NCBI GenBank assembly: GCA_001662655.1
Contig: KV460209.1
Strand: one strand, 5' to 3'
DNA length: 64,000 nt
From: Pseudogymnoascus verrucosus
Taxonomy: Eukaryota
This document shows positions 52,701-64,000 of the stretch, piece after piece. The first letter of the stretch is position 1; each line of letters begins with the position of its first letter. Position numbers and translations under genes: made by a program. The notes under the pieces are model-generated. The model made no database searches, was not told where the DNA came from, and saw only the letters and a list, made by a program, of their open reading frames with translations.

Positions 52701-53327
52701 TCAACCGTCATCAGTGCTGCTGTAGTCTGCAGGGTCGTCGTCACTCGCATCGAGCATTAACACTTCCGAGTCGGCAGCTACCGGCCTATTATCTTTCGGC
52801 TTCCCAAGGATACTCTCTAACGTCGCTGCGCTCTGGTCGCCAAGCGCCCGCTTCGCTCTGAGAATCATTTCGCGCGCCCGGCGAATAGCTTCTTCCTCAG
52901 CCTTGCGGATTGTGCCGCTGACCCTGATAACACGGTATACGCATTTCTTGCCATCCTTGACCGGAACCGTATTCATCATCGACAGGGCCGCCCAAGCAAT
53001 TCTGTAATGCGCCCTTGTAACTCGTATAATAAACGTCGAAGTGGCCGGCGACAAATATTTAACTGCTCGCCGTTAGAAATGCGCATGAGTCTGTGAAACT
53101 GGAGGGCTAATCTCACCCATCAAACTTCCTGCTATCGCTCCAGAGCCATAGTCTCCGAATAGTTCGAGTACCGCTTCTCGAATTGCTTTTATGAGAAGCT
53201 GCGGCGTGAGGTCGTCGGTCGTGGGCTGGTTGAAGGCGACGACGTCGGGTACTTTTGACGATGGTAAGGCTGTGGCCTCGGGATAGAGAATGTTTACCAA
53301 GAGGTATCTATTCTTTAGCCTAACCAT
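52701..53327 (-). CDS. POP5: RNase P/MRP protein subunit Pop5
   Basis: MVRLKNRYLLVNILYP...LFGDYGSG, intron ~53116-53064, VKYLSPATSTFIIRV...RVSGTIRK. Confidence 0.92.
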
Positions 53328-53792
53328 ATTTACTAGAAAGGTTGGATCGCCAACCCTGAATCTTCGTGACGGGTTCTACTGAGAGATGCTGTGGATGTCG
53401 TCTGGAAAGCCAATTGTGCTCTGCCAAGAAGTTTATTCTTAGCGCGCTGTCAGCCTTGCAGATCCACGTTCGTCATCAAGGGCCAGGGTAGTTTACAAAA
53501 TATAGTTCTGTAACTATTTTATTTCTATAGTTTCTGAGAATAACTTTGAAATGTGCAATTGACTCTTTATGTGTCAAGGCGATGCATTAAAGCTAAATAA
53601 TTTTGGATTATATATATAATTTGTCGAGCTACAGTGATTCTAGTGTATTTAAAACTATCATAATTTTGAGGTAAGCTCATAACAATCCGTTTGATAAAAA
53701 AATAGCAAGACAGCAATTGCACATTTTCAATGCCATCCATCATCTAGCCATATGGCTCCAAAATCTTGTAATGATACACAAATATAGCGCCT

Positions 53793-56700
53793 TTAAATAT
53801 GTTTTAATGGCGGCCTGAACGGTAACAAAGGATTCCTACGTCTTTCCCTTGGAGTCCCAAACCCGAAACTGATATGCCTCGTCAACGCCCTCAAGCTTGT
53901 GCCCCTCTCATCCTGACTTCCCATAAATGATGCGACCTTTTTTTCAGGCACAAAATTGCTAAGAATATTTTCATCGCCGTCCCAATTCTGTCCATAGTTC
54001 TCGAAATACTGCGATCTCAACGGCACTGATTTTGACCGCATTGCCAGCGCCGTTGACCAATATGGTGGCTGATTAAAATTCTGGGATGCCGCGGTGAAGT
54101 AGCTTGGAACATCCGTCACCATAAACTGCCTAGACTGGTGACTGTGATGCACCACACTCGAGGCCTGCGAATCTGCCATGGACTGCGAGAAAAAGGAGCG
54201 AGGCGGCCAATCAGCATCAGCAAGTTCAATGGAAGGCTCTCTGTGGTATCTCTCAGAATGAGGCATAGGGGTGGCGAGCTGTGTTGGACTCCAATCCATT
54301 TGGCTTTGATTGAGTCTCATTTGGCTTTGGATGAGTCTTATATTGTTGACGGTTTTCTGCCTCGGCACTCTGGAAGATGGAGATGCAAAAATATCCTCGT
54401 CGACCTCAATTCTATGGCGGGCGATAGTTGGCCGCCGCGGCGCCCAAGGACAGCTCGGACTCAAATTCATCCTTTCATCATCATAGTTCTCTCCCCATAA
54501 ATGCACCGCATCTGATACTTGGTATCTTTTAGAGACCATACTGGCAGTGTCATCAAGAATCATCTCACCATCCAGCATCTCAGCATCAGCTTCATCACCA
54601 CTTGAAGATTCCGAGGCTTCTGTTGGAATCCGTCTTCGGATAGGGGTGGAAGGCAGTGTAAAGTTTAAAGACCTGCGGTCATGTTGCGGCGAGGATGGCT
54701 CGATGGAGTGTTCGTCGGCGCTAGAGCCAGCCTCACTACCGCTTTCTGATGCGTGACTATCTGACCCCTCGCTATGGTTATTATCATCATCTTCATCTAT
54801 GTGGTCCTCATCAGACTCATCGTCCGAACTTGCTGTCGATGTTGGAAGCGGTGCCGAAACCATGGACAGTTGTTGGCGAATCACTTCCACGTCTTTATTA
54901 AACGTTACGTGGCGTTTAAATGTTGTGGCTTTCGGTGAAGTTTCTAACTGCATCGAATCCGAAAAACTACTATCATTATCAGATCCCTCAGAGTGTGGGT
55001 TAGGATCCATATCCATGCCGGCGTCCTCTACAATTGATGGGGACATGTAGCCAGCGATGTTTTCCGGGTCGGCATCAGACATCTGGCCTGCCGGCTTGGT
55101 ATCCCATACGGTTGGTTGACTAATAATAGCTGCGCCTTGTTTGGCACCTCTGGTGCTGTTTTGCTGTTCTTTATGGCCATAGCTTGAGTCATCTGCAAGA
55201 TGTTCTCGTCCAAATCGAATGTCAACTCTCTCTTTGAAGTCCCAATTTCCTTCTTGTACGGATTGCTGATCACCAAAGGTTCTTGATTGAACCAGTGGAA
55301 GCTGACATGAGTACCCCTTTGATCGTCTCAAGACACCTGGCATAGGTAATCGACGTGGCCGAGATGTCGCTTTTGTGCGCCCGATGGGTTGAGATTCTTC
55401 ACCCTCGAAACCGTCACAAAAGTCAAGTCTGGTTGGTACCGGCTTGGGACAATCCGGTGGTTTTGAGGCACGGCTTATAAGCGTTAGGTCTTTGAAATGG
55501 ATCCTAGAAGACATCATCTTTGTTTTTGGATAAGTCCTCTTTCGTTTTTTGCGTGGCATTTGGGGGCTGATTTCCGGAAATCGCTTTTGCCGTATGCTGA
55601 GCAGAGCAGCCTCTGGGACTACATGCTGACTTTCTATTACGGAGCTGTCATCATCGAACAAAAATTCTCCAGCTATAATAAGACGTGTTAGAATATTGAA
55701 TATGCTGGCTATGGTGTTCGAACAAAAAACAGCTGCGTGTTGCTTGGGCAAATTTTTGGGTTTGATATTAAAAATGCCATTGGATGAGTACGTTGCTTAC
55801 ACTCTGGATTGCTCCTCTGCACGGCCCTTTCTTCTGTCAGTTGTAGCTGATTAAAAGTACGGCATATTCGTTCCGGAACGATATCTTCAGGTATTTCCTC
55901 CTGAATGGTCTCCAAAGCATCATCCTGTGCCAGTGTTTTATAACTAGTCCGAGTAGGTCGTTTTAGCCTTTTCTTTGACGGGCCTGGCGAAGTTTGATCT
56001 GTATCTGTTACAATGGGGCTCCCATTGATAACTGATGATTCATCTTGCTGACCTAGAGAAGGCTTTTGAATACGTGTATTTGAGTCGAGGCAACCCACTC
56101 TGATTGACTGAGTTGTTGCATGATCCAACTCACTGCTGCCACTCAGGGGTATATTGGTATTGGTATAAAGAGAAGCTGACTCCTCCCCGGACGAATCGTT
56201 GCTGATTGGTGGATTCAGTAAGGACGTTGAGAAAATGAAAGTAGAGAGCTGGGAAAACATCTTACCTGTCGTACCCAGATTCATCACCGAGATCAAATGA
56301 AGTATTACATTCTTCAAGCTCAACTGAAGCAACAGCTGTCTTGCCCAACTCTTCAACAGTTTTTCTTTCGCTAATTGGGGTTGGTATTTGTGCAGCATGA
56401 AAGTTAGATCTGGACTCGACTTCTGGAGCCAGTCTCTGGAAGTTGGCCGCTGTTTCATTTGGTATCAAATACTGTCGTTTGTTCGCTCCGTCCACGATTT
56501 GTTCTACTTGAGGGACAGGGTTTTCCCCGACAGGCTCAGAGTTTGGACCCTCTACGGAGTTAAGTCCGTAGGCACTTGGAGCATCGTGAGGAGAGTCAAT
56601 CGCGCCATCTCTGATCTCACGAGTTTGAAAAGTATTATTCAGGCCAGAAAGAATCTGAGCATTGGAACGAGGCCTTTGAAAGCGAGCAGGACTGGGTGTT

Positions 56701-57221
56701 CTTGCCAAACTGTAAAGAAATTGTTCACACGAAAGAGCAGTCACCACTCTGGGAGGGACATTGGCATTGAGTCCTTGAAAAGGAGAAGTCAGGTTACCAG
56801 CCATGGCAAGAGAACATAAGGCATCACAATTCCAACAGTAACTCGAGAAGAAACGAAAGGCAACAAGAAGGAATACAGATGAACGGAAAGAAAATAGAAG
56901 ACAGTACTTATATCTGGCAGCTTGCCTGACTTTACGACAAGCAGTCGAAGGTTGACTTCACTTGGAAGGTGCGACCCGAACGTCGTACCTGCCATTTGTG
57001 TTTGCTTACTTAAGCTAGGTCAAGAAAGGAGGCGAAGCCAAACCTCTTCCCATTCCTTCATACCTCTCTCTCCTTGAGCATCCGAAAAAACACAGTTTGG
57101 CATTGGTATTGACGAAAGCATGACGAGCAAGGCTGACCGCGTCGTATATTCTTAAAATCGATATATTGAGATATCCGGACAACATCATTGAAATTGAGAA
57201 TTTTTGGATCACTCACAGCAT
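53793..57221 (-). CDS. Unrecognised, largely disordered multi-exon protein (~1000 aa)
   Basis: Three long ORFs are joined by phase-compatible introns 56265-56202 and 55800-55673. The 5' exons are uncertain (ATG 57221 followed by GTGAGT, or ATG 57339). Putative NLS PRKKRKR, acidic tract, C-terminal LPFRPPLK. Confidence 0.6.
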
Positions 57222-57462
57222 GGCTTCGGATCGACTTGATACAGAGGTAGTTTATAGTCAATTTTACTGAGCAAGGTCTGTCGTTGTTAATGTAGCAAAC
57301 AATATTCATATCTTCAAGAACCTTCGAGTCAGCGGCCATTCAAAAGATAAATGATTCATTACTTCTTTTTTAAGTATCCTTCAAGTTTTTCTTCTTTTGC
57401 ATTGTGCGATACTGTTACATCAAACCTGCATCTCAAATATTACTACATCCCAACGGATCGAG

Positions 57463-58149
57463 ATGCATTTATTCACGTTTATTCTACCCTTGGCTATCCA
57501 GGCTGCTGTGATCCATGCCGTCCCTCCTGGCTTGCCCACCAAATATGCATACCAAAGGGATGTTGGCAATGATGCCTCATTAACTGTCAGTACTGTTGGA
57601 GCCACCCCAGCCGTTGGCATCCATAACAGAGATTTGTCTCCAGGTAAGCTTCAAGTGGTATTATTTAATAGGAATGTCGGCTAACAAGTCTCAGATATTG
57701 CTGGAACCACTGTTGGCCATCACATTCCCCTGATGCCGCCCTTTGATCCACCATGTGCTACGACAACAGTAACTCACACAACAACCAAAACCGTACCTCT
57801 CACGACGAGCCTGGATTCCACAACTACAATAACGCTACACCAAACGAAAACCACCACATTATCCACAAAAATGGTTGCCACTGGACATTCAAACGCCACA
57901 AAGACCAACAACGCTTCGCTCAATGGCACAGCACCTTACAACACTCCACCAAAGGGCCTGAAAACTTCACCTGACAACAAATGTGGACCGAAAGTAGGGC
58001 AGACCTGCATTAGCAATTCGAAGGGCCGTTGCTGCTCCACGTTTGGATACTGCGGAGATACTGATGCTCACTGTGGTGCTGGATGCCAGAGCGGTTTTGG
58101 TGTCTGTGGAGTTGAAGGTCTTGTGGACGAGGATCCTGAATTGAGGTAA
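57463..58149 (+). CDS. Secreted chitin-binding protein: signal peptide, Thr-rich linker, single CBM18/hevein domain
   Basis: MHLFTFILPLAIQAAVIHA signal peptide; intron ~57644-57694; SPDNKCG...TC...CCSTFGYCGDTDAHCGAGCQSGFGVC (8 Cys hevein pattern). Confidence 0.88.
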
Positions 58150-58708
58150 TCAGTTGCAGCGCGACGAATATACCCCCGAAGCATTTCCTGTCTCTACTAG
58201 AGAACAAGCTTATAATCACAGCAAATGGAAGTTGATGGGGGATGAGTGTTTGGGGGTTGAGTTCTCACTTTGAGCATGATCTTCTAAAAGTAGTTTGAAT
58301 GCGCGAAACCGGGACCCTGGTCGCTAGGAAATTTCATAGCTTCATATGTACCTTAACAGCCTGAAATTCAAAGAATTACAACTCTTAATTACAAAAAGAG
58401 CAAACCAATTATCCCCCAAACCCTCATCTCACCACCAAATAACACCCTAAATCACCTGACTAAACTCAGGGGCGTCACGTGTCCCCTCGGCTTAAACCTC
58501 CGGCCTACATGCAGCTTTGCTCGGGAAAGCTTCCCTCACTAGCGCGACGACGCTCGGGTCCCAGAAACATTTCGAAGTTTTGAGAAAGCGTCAAACCAGC
58601 CAGTCTCATAACACAAACCACCGCTATCATCAATCCACGCACCATTACAAATAACTCTATACCTTCTTTCAATTCGAGACTTTAGCATCAACAGCTTAAA
58701 CCGCCAAT

Positions 58709-59312
58709 ATGGTATGTTTGATCTCAATCCCCGATCCCGCTCCCGCTTCAATTCCCCAGCCCAGGAGTCAGCCGGCGCGATCCGCACCTGCCATTGTCGA
58801 GCTGCTTACAATCCCATTCCATCCTACCTCCCTCCCTCCTCCCTCCAGCAAACAGACTAGCTAACACCCCTTCTCCCACAGTCCACAGCCCTCAAATCCA
58901 TCAAGTCCCTCGCCCCCCTCCTGGACCGCGTCCTCGTCCAGCGCATCAAGGCCCAGACCCAAACCGCTGGCGGCATCTTCCTCCCCGAGTCGTCGGTTAA
59001 GGAGCTCAATGAGGCGCGTGTCCTTGCTGTTGGACCGGGGGGGTTGGATAAGGAGGGGAAGATTGTGAAGCCGAGTGTTAAGGCGGGGGATAAGGTTTTG
59101 ATTCCTCAGGTATGTGAAGATCTTGCTCCAAGGGGATGGGTGGTGTCTGGATAGAGAGGGGGATGAGGAGACGAGGGATGGAGGGGAAGACGATGGGACG
59201 AGGAGAATGAAAGCTAACAATCCGGCAGTACGGTGGTTCCCCAGTCAAGGTCGGAGAGGAGGAATACGCTCTCTTCCGCGACTACGAGCTTTTGGCCAAG
59301 ATCAACGAGTAA
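58709..59312 (+). CDS. HSP10: Mitochondrial 10 kDa chaperonin (Cpn10)
   Basis: ATG-only first exon, intron 58712-58881, STALKSIKSLAPLLDRVLVQRIKAQTQTAGGIFLPES...VGPG...GDKVLIPQ|YGG...LLAKINE. Second intron 59110-59228. Confidence 0.95.
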
Positions 59313-60330
59313 ATCAACTCACTCAACCACACCACTACCACTCTATCATGAGTGAGTGAGTGAGTGCCACCACACCACGACAGAAACGGGATTGTAGGAT
59401 ATTATATACATGTACCAAAAATACTAGCATGCGATGAGGCGAATGGGGGAGGGAAGGGGGGGGGGTAGATTTGTACTTTTTTGGAGGGAGGGACGGGATA
59501 AGAAAGATGTATTGTATGTGGTAGAATAGCTAGGCATTGAATCCTTGATATCTCCGCTCATTTATGTGTTTCATGAGGTCTTCTACTACGTGACTGATAC
59601 TATATGGCACTGTGATGGCAATCGTCTAGCACTACTGTTGCAATGGACTTGGTACTGAGATGCCGTTCTAATACCAGGCCTGCGTTGACCATGGTTGTGC
59701 TAAATATGATGAGAGCAGGTATCATTACTGAAGCCGACATGTTCATGTAACGTGTAATTTCTTTATCTACTATAGTATTTACCAAACACCTTACAAAAAA
59801 TGTCATCATCCCACGCTCGCTATAAACATCCAACATCCAACATCCATCATCATCCCCAGATCAGATACACCTCCCTCATCCCCCATCCACCGCCATCCCG
59901 TTCCCCCCAAACCCCCCATCCGTTCCCCCATCCGTCCCCCCGTCCCCCCATCCCCCCATTCCCCCTGCATCCAAAGCCGCCCCAACTATATGAAAAAAAG
60001 AGAAAAAAAACCTCGCTATCCTCGTAAAAGCTCCCAGAAATATACTATACTCCACATTTTGCACCCTATCCACATCCATATCCAACCAACCAACCAACCA
60101 ATCCATCCCTATCCTGTCCCCTATTTATTCCCATTATCCCATCTATAAACAACGAAAACGACACACATTTCGCGCGTGCCAGTCCATCTATCCAAAAATC
60201 CACAGAACCTCTAACATCCCTACGGTCTCTCTCTCCAAACCCACAACACCTCATCATATCCCATTCCACCCTCCAGCCACCACCTAAACCCCCAACCCAA
60301 CCCCACCCCAAAAACAGAAGCTCACGTCCC

Positions 60331-62718
60331 CTACTTCGCAGGCGCAGCAGGCGCACTGGGCGGCTCCAACGTATGCGTATGCCCCGTCGCACTAATCACA
60401 TGCCCAGTAGTCGCATCCTGTCTACAAATCACCGTCCCCCCAATCCACGGATCCTCCAGCACCTCCGCCATCGTCGCGCGCTTCCTCGGGTCAATCTCCA
60501 GCATACGACCGATGATATGTCTCGTCTCCCTCGGGAGCAACCTCAAAAGCCTCCAGGGGCCCTTGATAACCTCCGGTTTCTTCTCCACCGGCACCGCCAC
60601 CACCGCGGGCGATTTACCCGTAGCGGGGGGAGCAGCGGGGACGTCAGCAGCAGCAGCAGCAGCCGGTTTAGTAGTAGGCGCCTCCACGACCGCCTTAGCA
60701 GCCTTCCCATCGAGCGTCTGCGATGCGGCCACAATCCTCGCAATCTCAGTCTCACTCTTTGCTTTCGACGTTGCGTCTGGACGTGGCTCGGTGCTCTCGG
60801 AGGGAGGGGAGGCGAAGAGACGGTACGAGTTATCGGTCATGCGGGGCATTTTCCAGGGGAAGCGGCGGAGGGACATGCAGCAGAAGATGATGGCGAGGGA
60901 CCAGATGTCCGCGGGTTGGGGGTCGTATTTGCGCTCGTCGTAGACTTCGGGGGCGAGGTAGGGGTCGGAGCCTACGATGCCTGGGGGGGATTAGTATTTT
61001 TGTTGTGGACGACACGGGGGAGAGGCTTACCTGATGCTAACACGATTTCGGTCTCGAAGGGGTATTTGAACATACTCGCGCTTCCGAAATCAATAATCTT
61101 CATGATCCCAAACTCGTTCACAACAACATTATCGAGCTTAAGATCGCGATGAGCGAGTCCCATACTGTGGATAAACGTAACACCACTCAAGATCTGCAAG
61201 AACGAGCACGACACCTCCTCGCGCGACATCTTGCCCGTCATGACGATAGCGAAGAGATCATAAGGCGCATACTCCATCACCTCGTACCACTTCCCCTTTT
61301 CCCGGATGATATCAAGCGTCTCGATGATATTCCCATGATGCAGCGTGGATCCGATACAGAACTCCGCTGTCACCTTCTTCGTATACTCCTTCTCCGTCTC
61401 ATACGCATGGCGAGCGCGGAACTCCTTAACCGCAAACGTCGTCCCATCCGAACTCCTCTTCATCAGTCTAACGGATCCGCCAGCACCAGCACCAAGCACC
61501 TTGCCGAACTTGCCGTACTTGGAAGTCAGGCCGTGGTCTTCGCCGAAGGGGAGCTGTTGGAGGGATTTCTGGCTTGTGGGGGTTTTGATGCCGGATTTTA
61601 TGGAGGAGCTTGGGGAGGCGTTGCGTTTCGACTTGTGATGGCTGCCGATCTTTAGGAAGCGCTTTAGTTCGGACATGGAGCCGCGGGCGGGGAGGGCGTC
61701 GTCGTTTAGTCGCGCGATGCTGGGGTCTTTCTTCGATGAGAAGCTCTTCTTATCCGAGCGCAGGTCCGCGGAGCTGCGACATGATCGTGGTAGGGTCGTT
61801 GTGGACGAAGACGGCGAGGTTCGGTGTCTGCTGTTCAGACCGCTAAATACGAATCGAGGCTCGATGGTATCAAGGTTCTTAGACTGCGGAGGCCGTTTAT
61901 TAGATGCGTAAGGGTCGTCCGGTTCCCCAGCTGGTGTGAACGGTCTGCTGTATCCTCCTCGACTCGGGCTCGGCTCCCGGGATTGCGGAACAGATTGTGA
62001 ATAATCACTACGCTCACTCGACTGGCGAGACGGCCCAATAGCAAATGCGCTTTTCCGATATCCGGTGACGGAATCTGCCACGCTGGGTTGTGTTAGTGAT
62101 GTCTGTCCTGACGAACCTGGTCTCGAAGAGTTGTATGCGGATGTTTGGGTTGTTGGTGGTGAGATCTGAGGCACTGACGTCGTGGGGTCAATTTCTGCTT
62201 CGACTCTTTGTAGGTTGGCACCCTTCCCAGTCGCCTCTCTGGATCCGCTCACTGCTGGGGTAAGTGGTGGTGTTTGCATTGTCCCAGAGCGTGAATGTAA
62301 GGATGGGCGACCTGATGCGGACGACTGAGATGGATGCCGACTCGACTCCTGGAAGCTCTCTGTCGACGGTACCTGTAGAGAAAGTACGTTAGCATCTAGT
62401 CATTATGCTAAGAGTCTAACAATATCATATGCTGTGACCAAGTGAAGGTATTGCATGGAGCTCACGCACCCTTGAAGCCGGCAACGAGACAGGCTCGAAA
62501 TTGAAATGGCTCATCCTCCTCGACTGCAGATGCGTGCCACTCAACGATTCCGACAAATCCCTCAGCTGTCCCCCAGATCCAGAAACATCCAGCAGCTGCT
62601 CGCCCGTTCTCGAAGTCGTACTCGTCTCGTCAAGCTGCACTGGTTCGATCTCCTGGCTACTCGATGCAAACCGCACGGCCGGAGACCCCGGGACCGATCT
62701 TTGGGCGCCAGAACTCAT
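60331..62718 (-). CDS. SAT4: HAL4/SAT4-family (NPR/HAL) Ser/Thr protein kinase
   Basis: [58 protein letters not shown]. Introns ~62468-62373 and ~61030-60980. Confidence 0.92.
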
Positions 62719-64000
62719 GGCGAAGGTGTCCCTTGCTGGAGGAGGTATCGACGGGGAATTGATTGGGAGGGGTGTGTTGGTATATTATCTAATATTGGTA
62801 AGCACGTCTGGTATTAAACCAATGGTGGTTGTATGGAAGGGGTGTCAGGTGTGAAAAAGGAAAGATGATGATGGGCTGGCTGGCCTTGCACTCATGGATA
62901 AAGTGAAGAGTGCATCAACCAAGCCCTTCGAATCTCACTCACCAAGGGCGTGCTGTTCTAGAAAGCCACTAAGATGCTGATTATAGTGAATTAAGAATAG
63001 TGGATGCTATGCAAGTAGCAAAGGGTGTGAGTGAGCAAGGCCGACCAAGCCAAAAAAGCGAGGGTTTGAATGGGATGGCGTCTGTTTGTGTGTATGATTG
63101 TTTGGTGGTGGCGGTTGTTTGGTGGGGGAGGGGGAAAGAAGCACGGAGGGTTGAAGGTGAGGCCCGGAATATCCAGATTCAAGTGGGGCAGGTAATTTTT
63201 TAACTTGGGGTTGGAGGGATTTGGAGGCGTGGGATGTAGAGGGAAGGTACATCATATGCGGTCATAAGGGCAAAAAAAAGAGGAGAAGGTACATTTGAGG
63301 TACTTATAGCGTTAGTTATTTTCTACGCCTTCTATACAAGGAGAAGAGTTGTGCCGAGAAGGCCGCGACCGCTTTCTGTGACCACATGGTCTCCACACTA
63401 TAAATTGTAGATTGTAGACATACATCATACAATTAAGACAAAAGTGATATCAACGAGATGGATATATCAGATATATAAACATTTTGGACACACTCGACTG
63501 CTCAGGTACTGAATATATATATATATATCTATATAAGCTGTGTACTGTTACTCTTCAATCCCGTACCTACCTACGTACACACAATGTAGCACATGCTCCA
63601 TCCCATCCCATCTCCTCTTCTTCGGCCGTACAGCGGATAGTTAAGATGCCGTCCACCGTCGTCCCGTGGCACCGTTGGCACAGCACAACCGTTGGTACTG
63701 ACTGTACTCCAAGTCCAGTAGCCCCAAGCCCACGTCTACCAGCAGGGGCAATACACCCGGAGCAAGCTTACGAGAGATTTCCGCCAATTCCACTCTCCAA
63801 ACAGCCAAGCAGCAAGCCCAGTCTCTGGGGATGGAGATCGGACAAGATAAGAGGTCCGACGAGACTGCGGCCAAGAACATCCGATATCCGACGAGACTGG
63901 GGGAGTGTTGTTGGTGTTAGGACTTTGAGTGAGTGAGGGAGTGACAGTGGAGGAGTGAGGTGAGCAGGTAAGATTATCCAGTTGTATGGACGGTATATAC

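Noticed and set aside
58555..58590. Heat-shock element upstream of HSP10
   Set aside because: GAA/TTC triplets are present but not in canonical nGAAn spacing.
62990..64000. Short ORFs upstream of SAT4 (e.g. 63484-63936)
   Set aside because: They span TA microsatellite and promoter-like sequence, with no coding signature.
1..64000. tRNA, rRNA, snRNA, riboswitch or stop-codon readthrough (TGA CTA / cryptic PTS1) signals
   Set aside because: None recognised by eye at the stop codons and intergenic regions I checked; tRNAscan-SE and Infernal/Rfam would be needed to exclude them.

Overview
Gene-dense, intron-rich eukaryotic DNA from a filamentous ascomycete. Short GT-AG introns with CTRAC/CTRAT branch points support this; a Leotiomycete-like assignment is inference only. 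About 26 protein-coding genes are supported. Most are conserved housekeeping genes: BCP1 (3' end), ARO7, MDV1, PAT1, a KTR/KRE2 mannosyltransferase, mitochondrial S12, an acyl-CoA dehydrogenase, PKC1, SHE9, a HAD phosphatase, VPS15, LEA1, VMA16, TOA2, a TMEM42-like protein, a CLC channel, a DPB3-like histone-fold protein, cnxE, BUB3, GPN2, POP5, HSP10 and SAT4/HAL4. I recognised no tRNA, rRNA, CRISPR array or intact transposon. The strongest novelty candidate is a ~4.7 kb accessory-looking island between PKC1 and SHE9. It has a modular degenerate repeat array, then an 8-copy 16-17 bp repeat, then an unrecognised ~1046-aa gene with a putative NLS, an internally expanded coiled-coil array and a C-terminal motif reminiscent of Harbinger-associated proteins. 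Other leads: a PPxY-bearing N-terminal extension on the mannosyltransferase, a uORF ending 2 nt before the PAT1 start, a Cys-rich/TM/SH3 receptor-like protein, an unrecognised protein ending in FxPP, a stand-alone secreted hevein protein, a small 4-exon gene missed by the ORF track, and recurrent C-rich-then-G-rich blocks. All exon boundaries were inferred by eye and no database searches were run.
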